Of a stretch of 32,000 nucleotides of DNA, positions 7,488-17,065 are shown in pieces. This DNA is from Nostoc sp. PCC 7120 = FACHB-418. GTDB lineage: Bacteria > Cyanobacteriota > Cyanobacteriia > Cyanobacteriales > Nostocaceae. The number at the start of each line of letters is the position of its first letter. The first letter of the stretch is position 1. Location: positions 5,550,001-5,582,000 of the forward strand of contig NC_003272.1 of assembly GCF_000009705.1 (NCBI RefSeq). The letters are read 5' to 3'. The notes below the pieces were generated by a model. That model did no database searches and had not been told where the DNA came from. It saw only the letters and a program-made list of their open reading frames with translations. The position numbers and the translations under genes were made by a program.

Positions 7488-8738
7488 TTATTCTCTTATT
7501 CTCTGCATCGCCAGCAATGCTGTTCCATAGGCGGCTTCTGTATTAAGTGAGGAAATGACGGGGACTTTTAAATTTCTTTGCCGAATTGCAGCCCAGGTGG
7601 GGTTTTTTGCGCCGCCACCGGCTGTATAAACTTGATTTAAGCTATCTGCACCCAATTTTTGTAATAGTTCATATCCTTGGGCTTCTATGCGGGCGATACT
7701 TTCTAATAAGCCATGTAAAAATTCGGCTGGATTGTCTGGGCGTGGTGTGAGGCGTGGGGGTAAATTGGAATCATTGATGGGGAAACGTTCCCCTACTTTC
7801 AACAAGGGATAATAATCTAATTGGCTGGCTTTTGTGGCATTAATTTCACGACTCAAGTTTTCTAACTCAGCATCAGTAAAAAATTCGCGTAAAACTGCAC
7901 CCCCCGTATTCGACGCGCCACCAGTTAGCCACAAATCTCCAAGGCGATGGCTATAAATTCCATATCGTGCATCTTCTACGCGGGTATGACTTAAAAGTTT
8001 GAGTACTAATGTTGAACCCAGGGAAGTCACCGCTTCCCCTGGTGATTTTGCACCACTCGCCAAAAATGCCGCAATGCTATCTGTTGTCCCCGCACATACC
8101 ACGCAATCATCAGGGAATAAAAACTGTTGGGAAATTTCGGGACGCACTTCACCAATGGGAGTCCCAGGCGGTAAAACTTTGGGTAGCTGAATTGGTGTTT
8201 GCAAACTTTCTAACCATTCTGGGTACTTCAACTTTTCCACGTCATACCCCAGCTTTAAAGCATTATGGTAGTCGCTGATTCCCAATTGTCCATGCAGGAG
8301 AAACCCTAACCAGTCGGCTTGGTGCAGAAAATATCGCGCTTCACCAAAAGAGGGTAACTGCATCATCCAGCGCAATTTAGCCAAGCTGGAAGTAGCACTT
8401 AAAACAGTATGATTTGCTGGTGCGATATCTCTCAACTCTTCCAACACCAGTGATCCCCGCCCATCGTTGTAAAGTAAAGGAGTATCTACAGGGTTGCCAT
8501 TTACATCGCATAATAAGACTGTAGAGGAAGTTCCGTTGATAGCGATCGCTCTGATTTCTCGCCGCAACTGTTCAGGAATTTGTCCTAGCAGCGTCAACAA
8601 AGCCTTTTGCCAGCTAGATACTAAGGAATCTACCTCTAGCCAAGGATAACGCACCTGCACCTGGATATGGGCTGATTCATCAATTACCACAGCCCTAGCA
8701 CCAGACGTACCAAAGTCTATCCCCAAATAAAAATCCAT
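7488..8738 (-). CDS. FGGY-family carbohydrate kinase (xylulokinase/ribulokinase-like)
   Basis: 416 aa. N-terminal LGIDFGTSGARAVVID plus C-terminal GGGAKNPTW, which are the FGGY signatures. Confidence 0.85.
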   Translation of the reverse strand: MDFYLGIDFGTSGARAVVIDESAHIQVQVRYPWLEVDSLVSSWQKALLTLLGQIPEQLRREIRAIAINGTSSTVLLCDVNGNPVDTPLLYNDGRGSLVLEELRDIAPANHTVLSATSSLAKLRWMMQLPSFGEARYFLHQADWLGFLLHGQLGISDYHNALKLGYDVEKLKYPEWLESLQTPIQLPKVLPPGTPIGEVRPEISQQFLFPDDCVVCAGTTDSIAAFLASGAKSPGEAVTSLGSTLVLKLLSHTRVEDARYGIYSHRLGDLWLTGGASNTGGAVLREFFTDAELENLSREINATKASQLDYYPLLKVGERFPINDSNLPPRLTPRPDNPAEFLHGLLESIARIEAQGYELLQKLGADSLNQVYTAGGGAKNPTWAAIRQRNLKVPVISSLNTEAAYGTALLAMQRIRE

Positions 8739-8899
8739 ATTTTTATAAATTTTTTTAATGAAAGATAACTAAGACTACTGACTAACAAGTGCTTTTGTTG
8801 CATCTTGTAACAAGATATTCCATATTTCCAGCAAAACAAGGAAAAGTAGTAAACGAACTACTATGTCAACATCAATTTAAGGTTAGGAGGTTTCCCACC

Positions 8900-9022
8900 A
8901 TGCCTACTCTGTACCTTGCTCAAGTGTCTTCCATTTCGGATACCCAAGTGTACATCGCTCTAGTTGTAGCGCTGATTCCAGGTCTTCTAGCTTGGCGTTT
9001 AGCAACAGAACTTTACAAATAA
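8900..9022 (+). CDS. psaM: photosystem I reaction centre subunit XII (PsaM)
   Basis: C-terminal SDTQVYIALVVALIPGLLAWRLATELYK matches the PsaM consensus as I remember it. The ATG at 8900 follows AGGAGG (8885-8890). The longer listed ORF from 8789 is probably an artefact. Confidence 0.8.
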   Translation: MPTLYLAQVSSISDTQVYIALVVALIPGLLAWRLATELYK

Positions 9023-9120
9023 TGAAGCCTGGCATCAAGTCTGCTTAGGTACTTGTCATGAAAATTTGTCATGATGAGTCGTCAAACAGCCTTGATGTAA
9101 ACTCAAGCTTCTTATGGCTG

Positions 9121-9160
9121 AACACAACAATCCAGATACTTTGGATTGTTGTGTTTTGTT
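9121..9160 (+). terminator. rho-independent terminator downstream of psaM
   Basis: Perfect 13-bp stem ACACAACAATCCA/TGGATTGTTGTGT with a 7-nt loop, followed by TTTGTTT. Confidence 0.8.
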
Positions 9161-9723
9161 TCCACGAGAATTAAACAAGGTTTCTCTAAGTAGATGCTTT
9201 TCTGTATTTTTTTATGCTTTAACTTCAAGTATATATACGATATAAGACAAAAATCAATATCGAAATAGAGCCTCATTTATGAGTCTAAAAATAAACGCAT
9301 ATTTTTCAAAAACGGCAGTAATTGCTAGAAAAGTAACATCTGTTATGAGAATAAAATTGACAGAAGCAAGTTTTGATTGATACTTTAGAGTGGTTTAATT
9401 TCCCTGAGGAATCACAACATACAAAACTACATACCATACAGTAACTTGCGCTTTAAACGTGAGATACACGTTGCAATTGACATTAACCCTTAAAAGAATA
9501 ATAATCCTGGCATACCGGGAGCAGTTTCCATATACTGGTGGCTGAATTCCAGAAAGTCGTGCCAACTCGTTACCTAAGTATGTTTTGTGTACTTTTGACA
9601 AATAGCATACGTGTAGCAATTTGGAAAAAATGAAGTAATATGTCAGCTAATCTCAGCCGTTATCTATGCCAGTAGGCTCTTGACGGTTAAGCTATTCAAT
9701 CAGGCAATTTTCTCTAGAGCATC

Positions 9724-10134
9724 ATGAACGCTTTTCAACCTTCCCAATTTCCGCAACAACCTACACCGCAACATCGGCCTGTACCCCGCCCAAAACGGCA
9801 TCTACGCCAACGCTCTTATCGAGTAATGGCTATAGAAGCCACAGTTAAAATAGGGGCTAATATAGCGATTTCAGCCGCAGCAGCAGGTGCTTTGATGCAG
9901 CTTGTGCCTCATCACTCGTCACAGCAAACGAAGTTGCGCGAAGTGCGTGTTGAGGTCAAGCAGATGGAAAAGCGCGTTAGCGATTTACAAGCTCAATTGA
10001 GCCGCAATCTTGATTCGAGTCAAGCTAATAGTATTAGACAACAGCAAGGATTCCGATTTGCTCCTAATCAAATTCCCATCGTATTGACGAATGAAGAGCA
10101 AGTAGATACCGAAGCCTCAGAATCTTTGCCCTAA
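9724..10134 (+). CDS. hypothetical membrane-anchored coiled-coil protein
   Basis: 136 aa. Pro/Gln-rich N-terminus, one TM helix (IGANIAISAAAAGALMQLV), then a heptad-like segment. The topology resembles FtsB/DivIC, but no motif confirms that. Confidence 0.55.
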   Translation: MNAFQPSQFPQQPTPQHRPVPRPKRHLRQRSYRVMAIEATVKIGANIAISAAAAGALMQLVPHHSSQQTKLREVRVEVKQMEKRVSDLQAQLSRNLDSSQANSIRQQQGFRFAPNQIPIVLTNEEQVDTEASESLP

Positions 10135-10272
10135 GAAAAGTATTACCTTGGGGTTGGGATAATATAAATTATTTTTATAGATGTAGTGGCTTATAAATAC
10201 AGGGTTGTAGTGCAGATTAGGCAGGAAGCAGGGGGCAGGGAGAAGAACTAATAACTATTGACTAATTGTGAA

Positions 10273-10983
10273 TTACGCCGAAGGCAGCAATTCATTTAAC
10301 CAATTTTCCATCTGTAACCGCAAACGGTAGCCAGGAACATCTCTGCGACCATGCAACGAAGGTAATTGATTTTCGGCACGACGATAGTCGGCGATCGCAC
10401 AATTCCAATCACCCCAAAGATGGTAAGTTCTACCACGTTCAGCCCAGATATGTCCCTCTAGCTGACCAAAAACCAGGGCAATATCAAAATTCTCAATTGC
10501 TTGGTCATATTCGCCCAAATCGCGTAGAGTAATGCCGCGATTAATCCAGGCTCTTACATGACGAGGATTTAAATCAATAGCACGATCATAATCAGCTAGG
10601 GCAGATGCTAATTGTCCACAAGCTGCGTAATAATTCGCGCGATTGTTGTAAGCGCTAGCTAAATCAGGATTCAACTGTAATGCAGTGTTGTAATCTTGTA
10701 GCGCCTTTTGGGTACGTCCACTTTGAAAATAGATTAACCCCCGGTTGTTATAGTCAACCGCGTTGTCAGGATGGCGGTTAATCAATTGGTTAAGGAGAGC
10801 GATCGCTTCGCTATAATTTCCCTGTTGTGCTGATCTCAAAGCACAAGAGCGTAAGTAGCCATCACCGAACCCCGACTCATCACCCCTAGCCCCATTTTCT
10901 TGAGGGTCAAGTTTAGTTTTAGTAATAAATTGGTAACAGTTATTCTGCTGATCACCGGAGGCTAAAAATGAGTGACTGTTCAT
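10273..10983 (-). CDS. tetratricopeptide repeat (TPR) protein
   Basis: 236 aa with repeated A..Y.RA/AL.LNP units, for example YNNRGLIYFQSGRTQKALQDYNTALQLNPDLASAYNNRANYY. Confidence 0.85.
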   Translation of the reverse strand: MNSHSFLASGDQQNNCYQFITKTKLDPQENGARGDESGFGDGYLRSCALRSAQQGNYSEAIALLNQLINRHPDNAVDYNNRGLIYFQSGRTQKALQDYNTALQLNPDLASAYNNRANYYAACGQLASALADYDRAIDLNPRHVRAWINRGITLRDLGEYDQAIENFDIALVFGQLEGHIWAERGRTYHLWGDWNCAIADYRRAENQLPSLHGRRDVPGYRLRLQMENWLNELLPSA

Positions 10984-11220
10984 GTTTTCCTACCTTAGCT
11001 GCTTAGTCTGAGAAATTAAATTAGAGTTGTTGTGGTAGCTTGTTCAGAAATTTTCTTGCAGACAAGCACACCTGATACAGACTATTTACGCTCCAATCTA
11101 GTAATACATACGTCATCCTCAGGGTAAATTCCTGAAACAAGAAATATTAATCTCTAAGACTATTCAAGTAGTAAGACTGACAAATTCGGTAAAATGCCAG
11201 GGAAGAGACAGAAGGGCAAT

Positions 11221-11253
11221 CAATTCAAAATTCAAAATTCAAAATTCAAAATT
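11221..11253. repeat. tandem heptamer tract (AAAATTC/TTCAAAA x about 4.5)
   Basis: caattcaaaattcaaaattcaaaattcaaaatt read directly. An 18-nt identical stretch recurs at 12397-12414. Confidence 0.85.
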
Positions 11254-11360
11254 AAGAGATAAGAGCTTCCTACTCAGCACAGACTAAATGCCTTGCGCTT
11301 AAAGCGCGGCTATGCCCACAGGGCTTTACAGCACTCAACACTTAAAACTCCCCAATCCCT

Positions 11361-11825
11361 ATGACAACTACGATTTCTGAGCAAAACACAGGCGATCTCA
11401 ATGCTGATGATTATATTGTCATTGGTCTGGCTACCTGCTTCGTTAAGGAAGATGGCGAAGTTCATCAAGTCGATGTGATCGAACCAATTCCCTCAGCTTC
11501 TCTAGAGGCGATTATGAAGGGTATTCCCACCTCTTATAAATTTGCCTGTGCAACCACCTTGGGTTCAGTTTTGCATGGAGATGAGCCAATTTTACCCGCA
11601 GGCTTTCCCGATTCGGCTCAGTTTGCCGATGAATTTGCGTCACGAGTATTTGCAGCCACTCGTACATACAAGCGTCGAGATAGTGCCAAAACTCTGATTC
11701 CTCTCGGTACAACCCATACGGATTTTAAATATTCCCTTGACCGTAAGCGGGTATTAAATGCTAATAGAGTAGTAACAAAAGACGATAACGTCAAACAGCA
11801 TTCCCACACTCACAAAGTACTTTAA
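11361..11825 (+). CDS. conserved hypothetical protein
   Basis: 154-aa ORF with ATG start and coding-like composition, 12 nt upstream of the GST gene. No family recognised. Confidence 0.6.
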   Translation: MTTTISEQNTGDLNADDYIVIGLATCFVKEDGEVHQVDVIEPIPSASLEAIMKGIPTSYKFACATTLGSVLHGDEPILPAGFPDSAQFADEFASRVFAATRTYKRRDSAKTLIPLGTTHTDFKYSLDRKRVLNANRVVTKDDNVKQHSHTHKVL

Positions 11826-11837
11826 TATCAGGTAGCT

Positions 11838-12395
11838 ATGCTGAAACTTTATGGAGGGGCTTTTAGCCGCGCTTCAATCGTGAAGTGGTATTTAGAAGAG
11901 CTAGAAGTTCCCTACGAGTTTGTTTTGTTAGATATGCAGGCGGGGGAACACCTTCAGCCGGAATACCTGAAAATAAACCCCATTGGGAAAGTACCCGCAA
12001 TTGTAGACGGGGATTTTCAGCTTTGGGAATCAGGAGCAATTTTGCTTTATCTGAACGACAAGTACGGTAAAACTTCCCTGTCAGCAGAGGAACGAGGAAT
12101 ACTCTCCCAATGGGTAGTATTTGCTAACGCCACCCTGGGAACTGGTATTTTTGTCGAAGCAAATCGAGAAAAAGAAATGCCCCGTTTGCTGACTCCTCTC
12201 AATGAAATTTTTGAGCATCAACCCTTTTTGCTGGGTAATGAATTTAGCGTTGCTGATGTTGCTGTGGGTTCTATATTGGCTTATATTCCCATCATGCTGA
12301 AACTAGATTTGGGCGATTATCCAGCCGTAGTCAACTATATCAAGCAAATGACTGAGCGACCAGCATTTCAAAAAAGCATTGCTGGAAGATCATAA
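11838..12395 (+). CDS. glutathione S-transferase
   Basis: 185 aa. N-terminal thioredoxin-like GST pattern (INPIGKVPAIVDGDFQLWESGAILLYL) and an alpha-helical C-terminal domain. Confidence 0.85.
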   Translation: MLKLYGGAFSRASIVKWYLEELEVPYEFVLLDMQAGEHLQPEYLKINPIGKVPAIVDGDFQLWESGAILLYLNDKYGKTSLSAEERGILSQWVVFANATLGTGIFVEANREKEMPRLLTPLNEIFEHQPFLLGNEFSVADVAVGSILAYIPIMLKLDLGDYPAVVNYIKQMTERPAFQKSIAGRS

Positions 12396-12396
12396 A

Positions 12397-12414
12397 CAAT
12401 TCAAAATTCAAAAT
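12397..12414. repeat. second short copy of the AAAATTC heptamer tract
   Basis: caattcaaaattcaaaat is identical to 11221-11238 and begins 2 nt after the GST stop. Confidence 0.8.
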
Positions 12415-12482
12415 AGCCTACGGTTAGGCTCATGTCTCCGTAGCATTGTTTTAGCTGACTTAAAATTGTCAACTAACAAATA

Positions 12483-12518
12483 AGCGGGGAAAGTATCGTC
12501 AGATATCCCCGCTTTTTC
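12483..12518. terminator. rho-independent terminator between convergent GST and yajQ genes
   Basis: Stem AGCGGGGA (12483-12490) / TCCCCGCT (12506-12513), followed by TTTTT. The A/T-rich upstream flank could also serve the minus strand. Confidence 0.7.
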
Positions 12519-12536
12519 ATGTCTTGAAATTACCTT

Positions 12537-13028
12537 TTAACGATAATTAGTGAACTGCAAAGCCACTGGATAGTCTTCTTGTTTCAAGCGTTGGATGACA
12601 ATTTGCAAATCATCTTTTGCTTTAGCAGATACTCGCACAGCATCACCTTGAATTGAAGCTTGGACTTTTTTGAATTCGTCCCGAATCAATTTAGAAATTT
12701 GCTTGGCGATGTCTTGACTGATACCTTTTTTGAGAGTTATTTCTTGACGGACGCGATTACCACTGGCTGATTCTACTTTGCCAAAATCAAAGATTTTTTG
12801 TGAGAGATTACGCTTGGCGGCTTTTTCCCGAAGAATGTTGTGAACAGACTCTAGGGTAAACTCGCTATCCGTACCAATAGTGATTTTTTCTTCACCCAAC
12901 TCGACAGTTGTCTGAGTATCTTTGAGGTCGTAACGACTTTTCAGGTCTCTGATGACTTGATCAACAGCGTTAACTAGTTCTTGCCGATCAAAATCGCTCA
13001 CAATGTCAAAGGAATAAGTGGAAGCCAT
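12537..13028 (-). CDS. yajQ: YajQ-family (UPF0234) nucleotide/c-di-GMP-binding protein
   Basis: 163 aa. N-terminal [19 protein letters not shown] and the overall length are typical of YajQ. Confidence 0.85.
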   Translation of the reverse strand: MASTYSFDIVSDFDRQELVNAVDQVIRDLKSRYDLKDTQTTVELGEEKITIGTDSEFTLESVHNILREKAAKRNLSQKIFDFGKVESASGNRVRQEITLKKGISQDIAKQISKLIRDEFKKVQASIQGDAVRVSAKAKDDLQIVIQRLKQEDYPVALQFTNYR

Positions 13029-13110
13029 AAAGAATGTCTAACTTGCGATTTTGGATTTTAGATTAAGGTTAGAACATGGATTGAGAAAAATCCCAGTCCC
13101 CAGTTCTTAA

Positions 13111-13506
13111 TCAACCTTGAGCTTGAATGATGCTCAGGACAAAGAGAGTACCAGAGCCAAGGGAGCCAATAGCGTACATGAGCGATCGCAAAAGCGGTAT
13201 ATTCAAAATATAGAAGATAGAGTATAGCAAACGCGCCACCAAAAAGGCGATCGCCGCCCATGCGGCTGTAGGAGAATTCACACCAGTGACATAAGCCATT
13301 AGTGCAGCTGCGGCAAATACCATAAACGCCTCAAATGAGTTTTGGTGCGCCCATGTAGCTCGCTGTCCGTAAGGTGGTAACTTATCAAACATCGCCCGTG
13401 GAGCAGAAACATCATACCCAGCACGCGCACGAGCATAACCCACCACCAAAAATGGCAGATAAATTAGAACCGCAGCTGCGGCAATAGAATATAAGAAAAT
13501 AATCAT
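13111..13506 (-). CDS. MAPEG-family membrane protein (membrane-associated glutathione-transferase-like)
   Basis: 131 aa with 4 predicted TM helices. The motif RAHQNSFEAFMVFAAA resembles the MAPEG core. Confidence 0.7.
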   Translation of the reverse strand: MIIFLYSIAAAAVLIYLPFLVVGYARARAGYDVSAPRAMFDKLPPYGQRATWAHQNSFEAFMVFAAAALMAYVTGVNSPTAAWAAIAFLVARLLYSIFYILNIPLLRSLMYAIGSLGSGTLFVLSIIQAQG

Positions 13507-13513
13507 GCTTTAT

Positions 13514-13575
13514 GGTTAGTTAGTCATTAGTCAACAGTCTATAGTCCCAATATTTGACTATTGACTGTTGACTAA
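13514..13575. repeat. inverted STRR heptamer tracts (TAGTCAA units facing TTGACTA/TTGACTG units)
   Basis: ggttagt tagtcat tagtcaa cagtcta ... ttgacta ttgactg ttgacta. The two arms are reverse complements and could form a long hairpin between two minus-strand genes. Confidence 0.8.
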
Positions 13576-14075
13576 TCAAAGTAGAAAAGTGTGACAACCT
13601 TTCTCTGTTCTTCCGCATCTCCACAAGTTTGTAGGAGAGTACGACTGTCATGAAACGCGAAGCAAATGAGCTGCTGACATCGGGAGACAATTTCTTTGTT
13701 GCACAAGTAACTAGCTTCAGCAAGAGACAAGTTATCATTACTAGGATTTTCTACTAGGTGCATCACCTGTTCTAGTTGCTGGCGAGATTCTTGAGGCTGA
13801 CGTTCTAAGCTTTGAGGTAAAATTACCGTGAGCAAATTGGGGTCAGCGCGCATTGCGCCCTTAATGGCAGCCGAGTTAGTACCTGTAGCACCAGAAGTAA
13901 TGACTCGATTCCCTGACAAAACTAGGGCGTAAGTCATCATTTCAATGAGATTTTGATGCGTAATTGGCACATGACGGGAACCCAGCAAGGCAATTCGTTT
14001 AGAACCTGTTTGCTGGATTGTCGCCAGTTCTTGCGCTAACGTATCGAGGTTAATAAGGTCTGTTGACTGGCTCAA
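13572..14075 (-). CDS. DprA/Smf-like Rossmann-fold protein (short, single domain)
   Basis: 167 aa, apparent TTG start. LLGSRHVP...LSGNRVITSGATGTNSAAIKGAM resembles the DprA GSR...SGxAxGxDxxAH motif. The family call is tentative. Confidence 0.55.
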   Translation of the reverse strand: MSQSTDLINLDTLAQELATIQQTGSKRIALLGSRHVPITHQNLIEMMTYALVLSGNRVITSGATGTNSAAIKGAMRADPNLLTVILPQSLERQPQESRQQLEQVMHLVENPSNDNLSLAEASYLCNKEIVSRCQQLICFAFHDSRTLLQTCGDAEEQRKVVTLFYFD

Positions 14076-14200
14076 AGACGGAGATATTCAGATTAAACGA
14101 CCAAGCTATTCTACCAAAGAGCGTGTAAGTAGGAAGCGAATTTGAGTCGTAAAGTTTTTCATTTTGTATCAAAAGATTTGTGTGGGAAGAGATTGGAAAT

Positions 14201-15295
14201 CTAAGGTAAAGCTGTAGCGGGTGTTAAACCTAGTTTAGATAACAGGCGATCGCTATCAAAATTCTCAGCCATTAATTGACGAATACACTGTACTTTAATT
14301 GGCTCATGGACACGCACTTGTCCGAAGGTGCGGTCAACAATTTCTACAGTGGTGAGGGTATCTAAATCAACGGACAAGATGGGAATTTCTAACTCTTCAG
14401 CACGACTGAGGATAAATTGTGGGGGGGGTAATTGTCCGGTAAGGATGAGGCATTGAGTAGAGGTTTCTAAGGCTGCTTGCTGAATTTCCACGCGATCGCC
14501 TCCTGTCACCACTGCCATATTCCGGCGCTTACGGAAATACTTGACCGCCGAATTCACATTCATCGCCCCAATAGCTAGGCTCTCGACCATCAAATCTAGG
14601 CGATCGCTACGACAGAGAACTTCGGCCTTGAGTTGTTTGACTAATTCACCCACGCTGACACTGCGGAGTAAATCATTTTTGGGCAGCATCGCCATTACGG
14701 CAATACCTTGCTGTTCTAGATAAGGACGGACAAAATTATTAACGGTTTCTAACTGAGCAGGCGGGATATCATTGATCACAACACCAATCAAGCGATCGCC
14801 CACACGTTTTTTAGCCGATAATAAAGACTCTACAGAAATCAGCGAACTGTAACGACTCACCAATAGTACAGACGCATCCAAAACGTCTGCTACTTGCAAT
14901 AAAGACAAATCAAATAGATAACCTTCGGCTAAATCCCCAGGGCCTTCTAGCACAACCAAATCCCCGCGAGGAACTTGTAAATACTGCTCCACCAAAGTCT
15001 GACGATAGTCAGTTGTGTCTTCACCAAATAGACGTTTCTGCATACTGGCTTCATCTAAAGCCAATATTGTGGGAGCAATACGATTTGCCGATAAGTTGAG
15101 ACTATGGGTAATAAACTGGACATCTTCTTCAACTAAAGTACCTTCAGATGTACTCAAACTATTGCCTAATGGTTTGCCGTAAGCAATATCTAATCCTTTT
15201 TGCTGTAACTGATGAGACAATCCCAGAACTGTTGCGGATTTACCGCTATAAGTCTCAGTCGAGCCAATCAGCAAATATTTAGCAGATTTTGGCAC
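14201..15295 (-). CDS. BioD-like P-loop domain plus DRTGG domain protein (phosphotransacetylase N-terminal-type, lacks the PTA catalytic domain)
   Basis: 364 aa with GTG start. N-terminal LLIGSTETYSGKS P-loop and C-terminal VVTGGDR (DRTGG-type) motif. Confidence 0.7.
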   Translation of the reverse strand: MPKSAKYLLIGSTETYSGKSATVLGLSHQLQQKGLDIAYGKPLGNSLSTSEGTLVEEDVQFITHSLNLSANRIAPTILALDEASMQKRLFGEDTTDYRQTLVEQYLQVPRGDLVVLEGPGDLAEGYLFDLSLLQVADVLDASVLLVSRYSSLISVESLLSAKKRVGDRLIGVVINDIPPAQLETVNNFVRPYLEQQGIAVMAMLPKNDLLRSVSVGELVKQLKAEVLCRSDRLDLMVESLAIGAMNVNSAVKYFRKRRNMAVVTGGDRVEIQQAALETSTQCLILTGQLPPPQFILSRAEELEIPILSVDLDTLTTVEIVDRTFGQVRVHEPIKVQCIRQLMAENFDSDRLLSKLGLTPATALP

Positions 15296-15802
15296 ACACG
15301 CACTCCTAATTTCAAAAGGCAGTAAAACCCAGCCAGGTGTTTACTAATTTTAGTTGGTTCCGGCAGAAACCTCAGACGCTCTCACAAGGTAATTTCTTGA
15401 AATGTACTTTTTTCAGGTATTTAAATGAATATAAATACTAAATAATTTTACTGTGCTACGCGTGTCAGTTGTCGTAGTTGAGGTGAATACTTCTGCGTGA
15501 GGGCTTGGTCAAATCCTCAGTAGAGAGATTATTGTTGCTCTGGTGGTCTAATGTCCTACCCACTTGTACCCTGTCGAAAACATTCTTCTATATAGTTCAC
15601 AGAGCAAATCACGATTTCTCTTACGGGCAGAGAGTTTTTATGTTAAATTTAAAAAAATTAATCTTGTTTAAATAACACAATTAATGTTGTTTAAAGAAAC
15701 CCAAAAATTAGCAAATTTTAATAAATTCCAGAGTATAAGAGCATAGCTTCCAGAATATGTTTCCGTCTCTAAACTCCTACACTCATATACGCAAACAGAC
15801 GT

Positions 15803-16177
15803 TCATTCATCTATACGCAGGAGTTTGCGGTAAAAAGATTGTGAGAAATCTGTAAGCTTATAACGTTTATGATTTTCCATTAATTCGATGAGAAAACTCA
15901 TAAATTCAAAACTTGCCATCATCACTTCATAATTTAATTCAGCGTTGCCATCAAACTGTATCCGGCAACGTGTCAAATCTGAAGGTAGAGTAGCAACATT
16001 CCAAGAAGCGACAAAAGGAACATTTTCACCGGCTTCTATTTTGCGTTGACCTTCCACAATGCCTTTTTGATAAAGACTGATAGCAAAGGGCAAAAAATTG
16101 CGTTTAGTACCCTGAATATAAGGCAAGTAGACACTCGCTTGTTGCTGAGTGGCAGGCTGGAGTTGCTCAATAGACAT
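15803..16177 (-). CDS. hypothetical protein (orphan to my eye)
   Basis: 124-aa ORF with ATG start and no recognisable motif. Overlapping alternative-frame ORFs look like shadows. Confidence 0.5.
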   Translation of the reverse strand: MSIEQLQPATQQQASVYLPYIQGTKRNFLPFAISLYQKGIVEGQRKIEAGENVPFVASWNVATLPSDLTRCRIQFDGNAELNYEVMMASFEFMSFLIELMENHKRYKLTDFSQSFYRKLLRIDE

Positions 16178-16387
16178 TTTTGGACATTCCTCAAGTTAAT
16201 TGACAACTGGAGATATTGGTGGCTGTGAATAGTATTCCCAAAAATTTTCAGTTGTACACATGAGAGGATTGGGGATTGGGGACTTTTTAGCAAGCGGTAA
16301 ATTGTGACGCTCAAACTAATGAGAGAATCATCATTTGACTAACCCATACACCCATACACCCCTAAACCCTTACACCCTTAAACTTAC

Positions 16388-17065
16388 TTACTTCAGCGTT
16401 TCTAAATCTAAATTTGAGGCGATTTGCACCAGTTTATCGAAATCAGAGAAGTTATCTATATAAGGTAGACAGCCTAAAACTGGAATATTCGTGAGGGATT
16501 GAATTAAATCTTTTGGTGTTAAGTCGGCAATTTCTTCATCAGATAGAGGTTGTGTACAGTTCAACACAATCCCTTTGAGATCCACCCGCGCTTGTCTAGC
16601 CAATGCTACATTCGCTACAACCTGTCCTAGTGAACCTAATTTTACTGGTACTACTAATACTGTGGGTAAGCGCCATTCTCCGGCTAAATCAGCCACTGTT
16701 AACTCGTCGGTGACTGGTGAACCTAACCCACCTAAAGCTTCAATTAACAACACATCAAGACGCGATCGCAACTGGGTTAAAGTCTGCCAAACTATAGCTA
16801 AATCGACGGAACGATTTTCCTTGGCGGCGGCGATGGGAGGAGCTAGAGGTGCGCTAAAGTGCAGAGGTGTAATTTCGGCGATCGTTTGCTCTAGTGTAAA
16901 CAGATTTTGATACCATTCGCGATCGCCAATTCCCGATTGAATTGGTTTCATAATTCCCCAACTGCCTTGGGGGTAATATTTCTGACAGTAAGCTGCCAAA
17001 ACTGTAGTCAGAGCAGTTTTGCCAGCTTCTGTATCAGTTCCAGTAATTAGTAGTGACTTCAACAA
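16388..17065 (-). CDS. bioD: dethiobiotin synthase
   Basis: 225 aa, apparent TTG start. LLITGTDTEAGKT P-loop, plus EGAGG-like LIEALGGLGSPV and the length typical of BioD. Confidence 0.85.
   Translation of the reverse strand: MLKSLLITGTDTEAGKTALTTVLAAYCQKYYPQGSWGIMKPIQSGIGDREWYQNLFTLEQTIAEITPLHFSAPLAPPIAAAKENRSVDLAIVWQTLTQLRSRLDVLLIEALGGLGSPVTDELTVADLAGEWRLPTVLVVPVKLGSLGQVVANVALARQARVDLKGIVLNCTQPLSDEEIADLTPKDLIQSLTNIPVLGCLPYIDNFSDFDKLVQIASNLDLETLK

Noticed and set aside
9393-9418. GTTTAATTTCCCTGAGGAATCACAAC, which superficially resembles a cyanobacterial CRISPR repeat
   Set aside because: It occurs only once in the window, with no regularly spaced copies and no cas genes.
9578-9592. GTA-N9-TAC (gtatgttttgtgtac), resembling an NtcA site
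   Set aside because: The NtcA consensus is GTA-N8-TAC. The spacing is wrong and there is no well-placed -10 box.
9395-9619. 74-aa ORF on the minus strand in the psaM-downstream AT-rich region
   Set aside because: It has a TTG start, no RBS, and an implausible Cys/Tyr/Val-rich composition. It is probably non-coding, although the 560-bp region itself remains unexplained.
10215-10245. GGAAGCAGGGGGCAGGGAG, checked as a possible SRP-RNA or other structured-RNA core. I also scanned for tmRNA and RNase P signatures in intergenic regions.
   Set aside because: No flanking helices or conserved SRP, tmRNA or RNase P motifs were found anywhere in the window.
13058-13738. ORFs 13058-13261(-) and 13520-13738(-)
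   Set aside because: They are out-of-frame overlaps with the MAPEG gene and the DprA-like gene, partly running through STRR repeats.
16036-16314. ORFs 16036-16314(-) and 16046-16228(+) overlapping the start of the 124-aa gene
   Set aside because: They are alternative-frame overlaps with poor composition. Only the 15803-16177 frame has an ATG and a reasonable amino-acid mix, and even that call is tentative.
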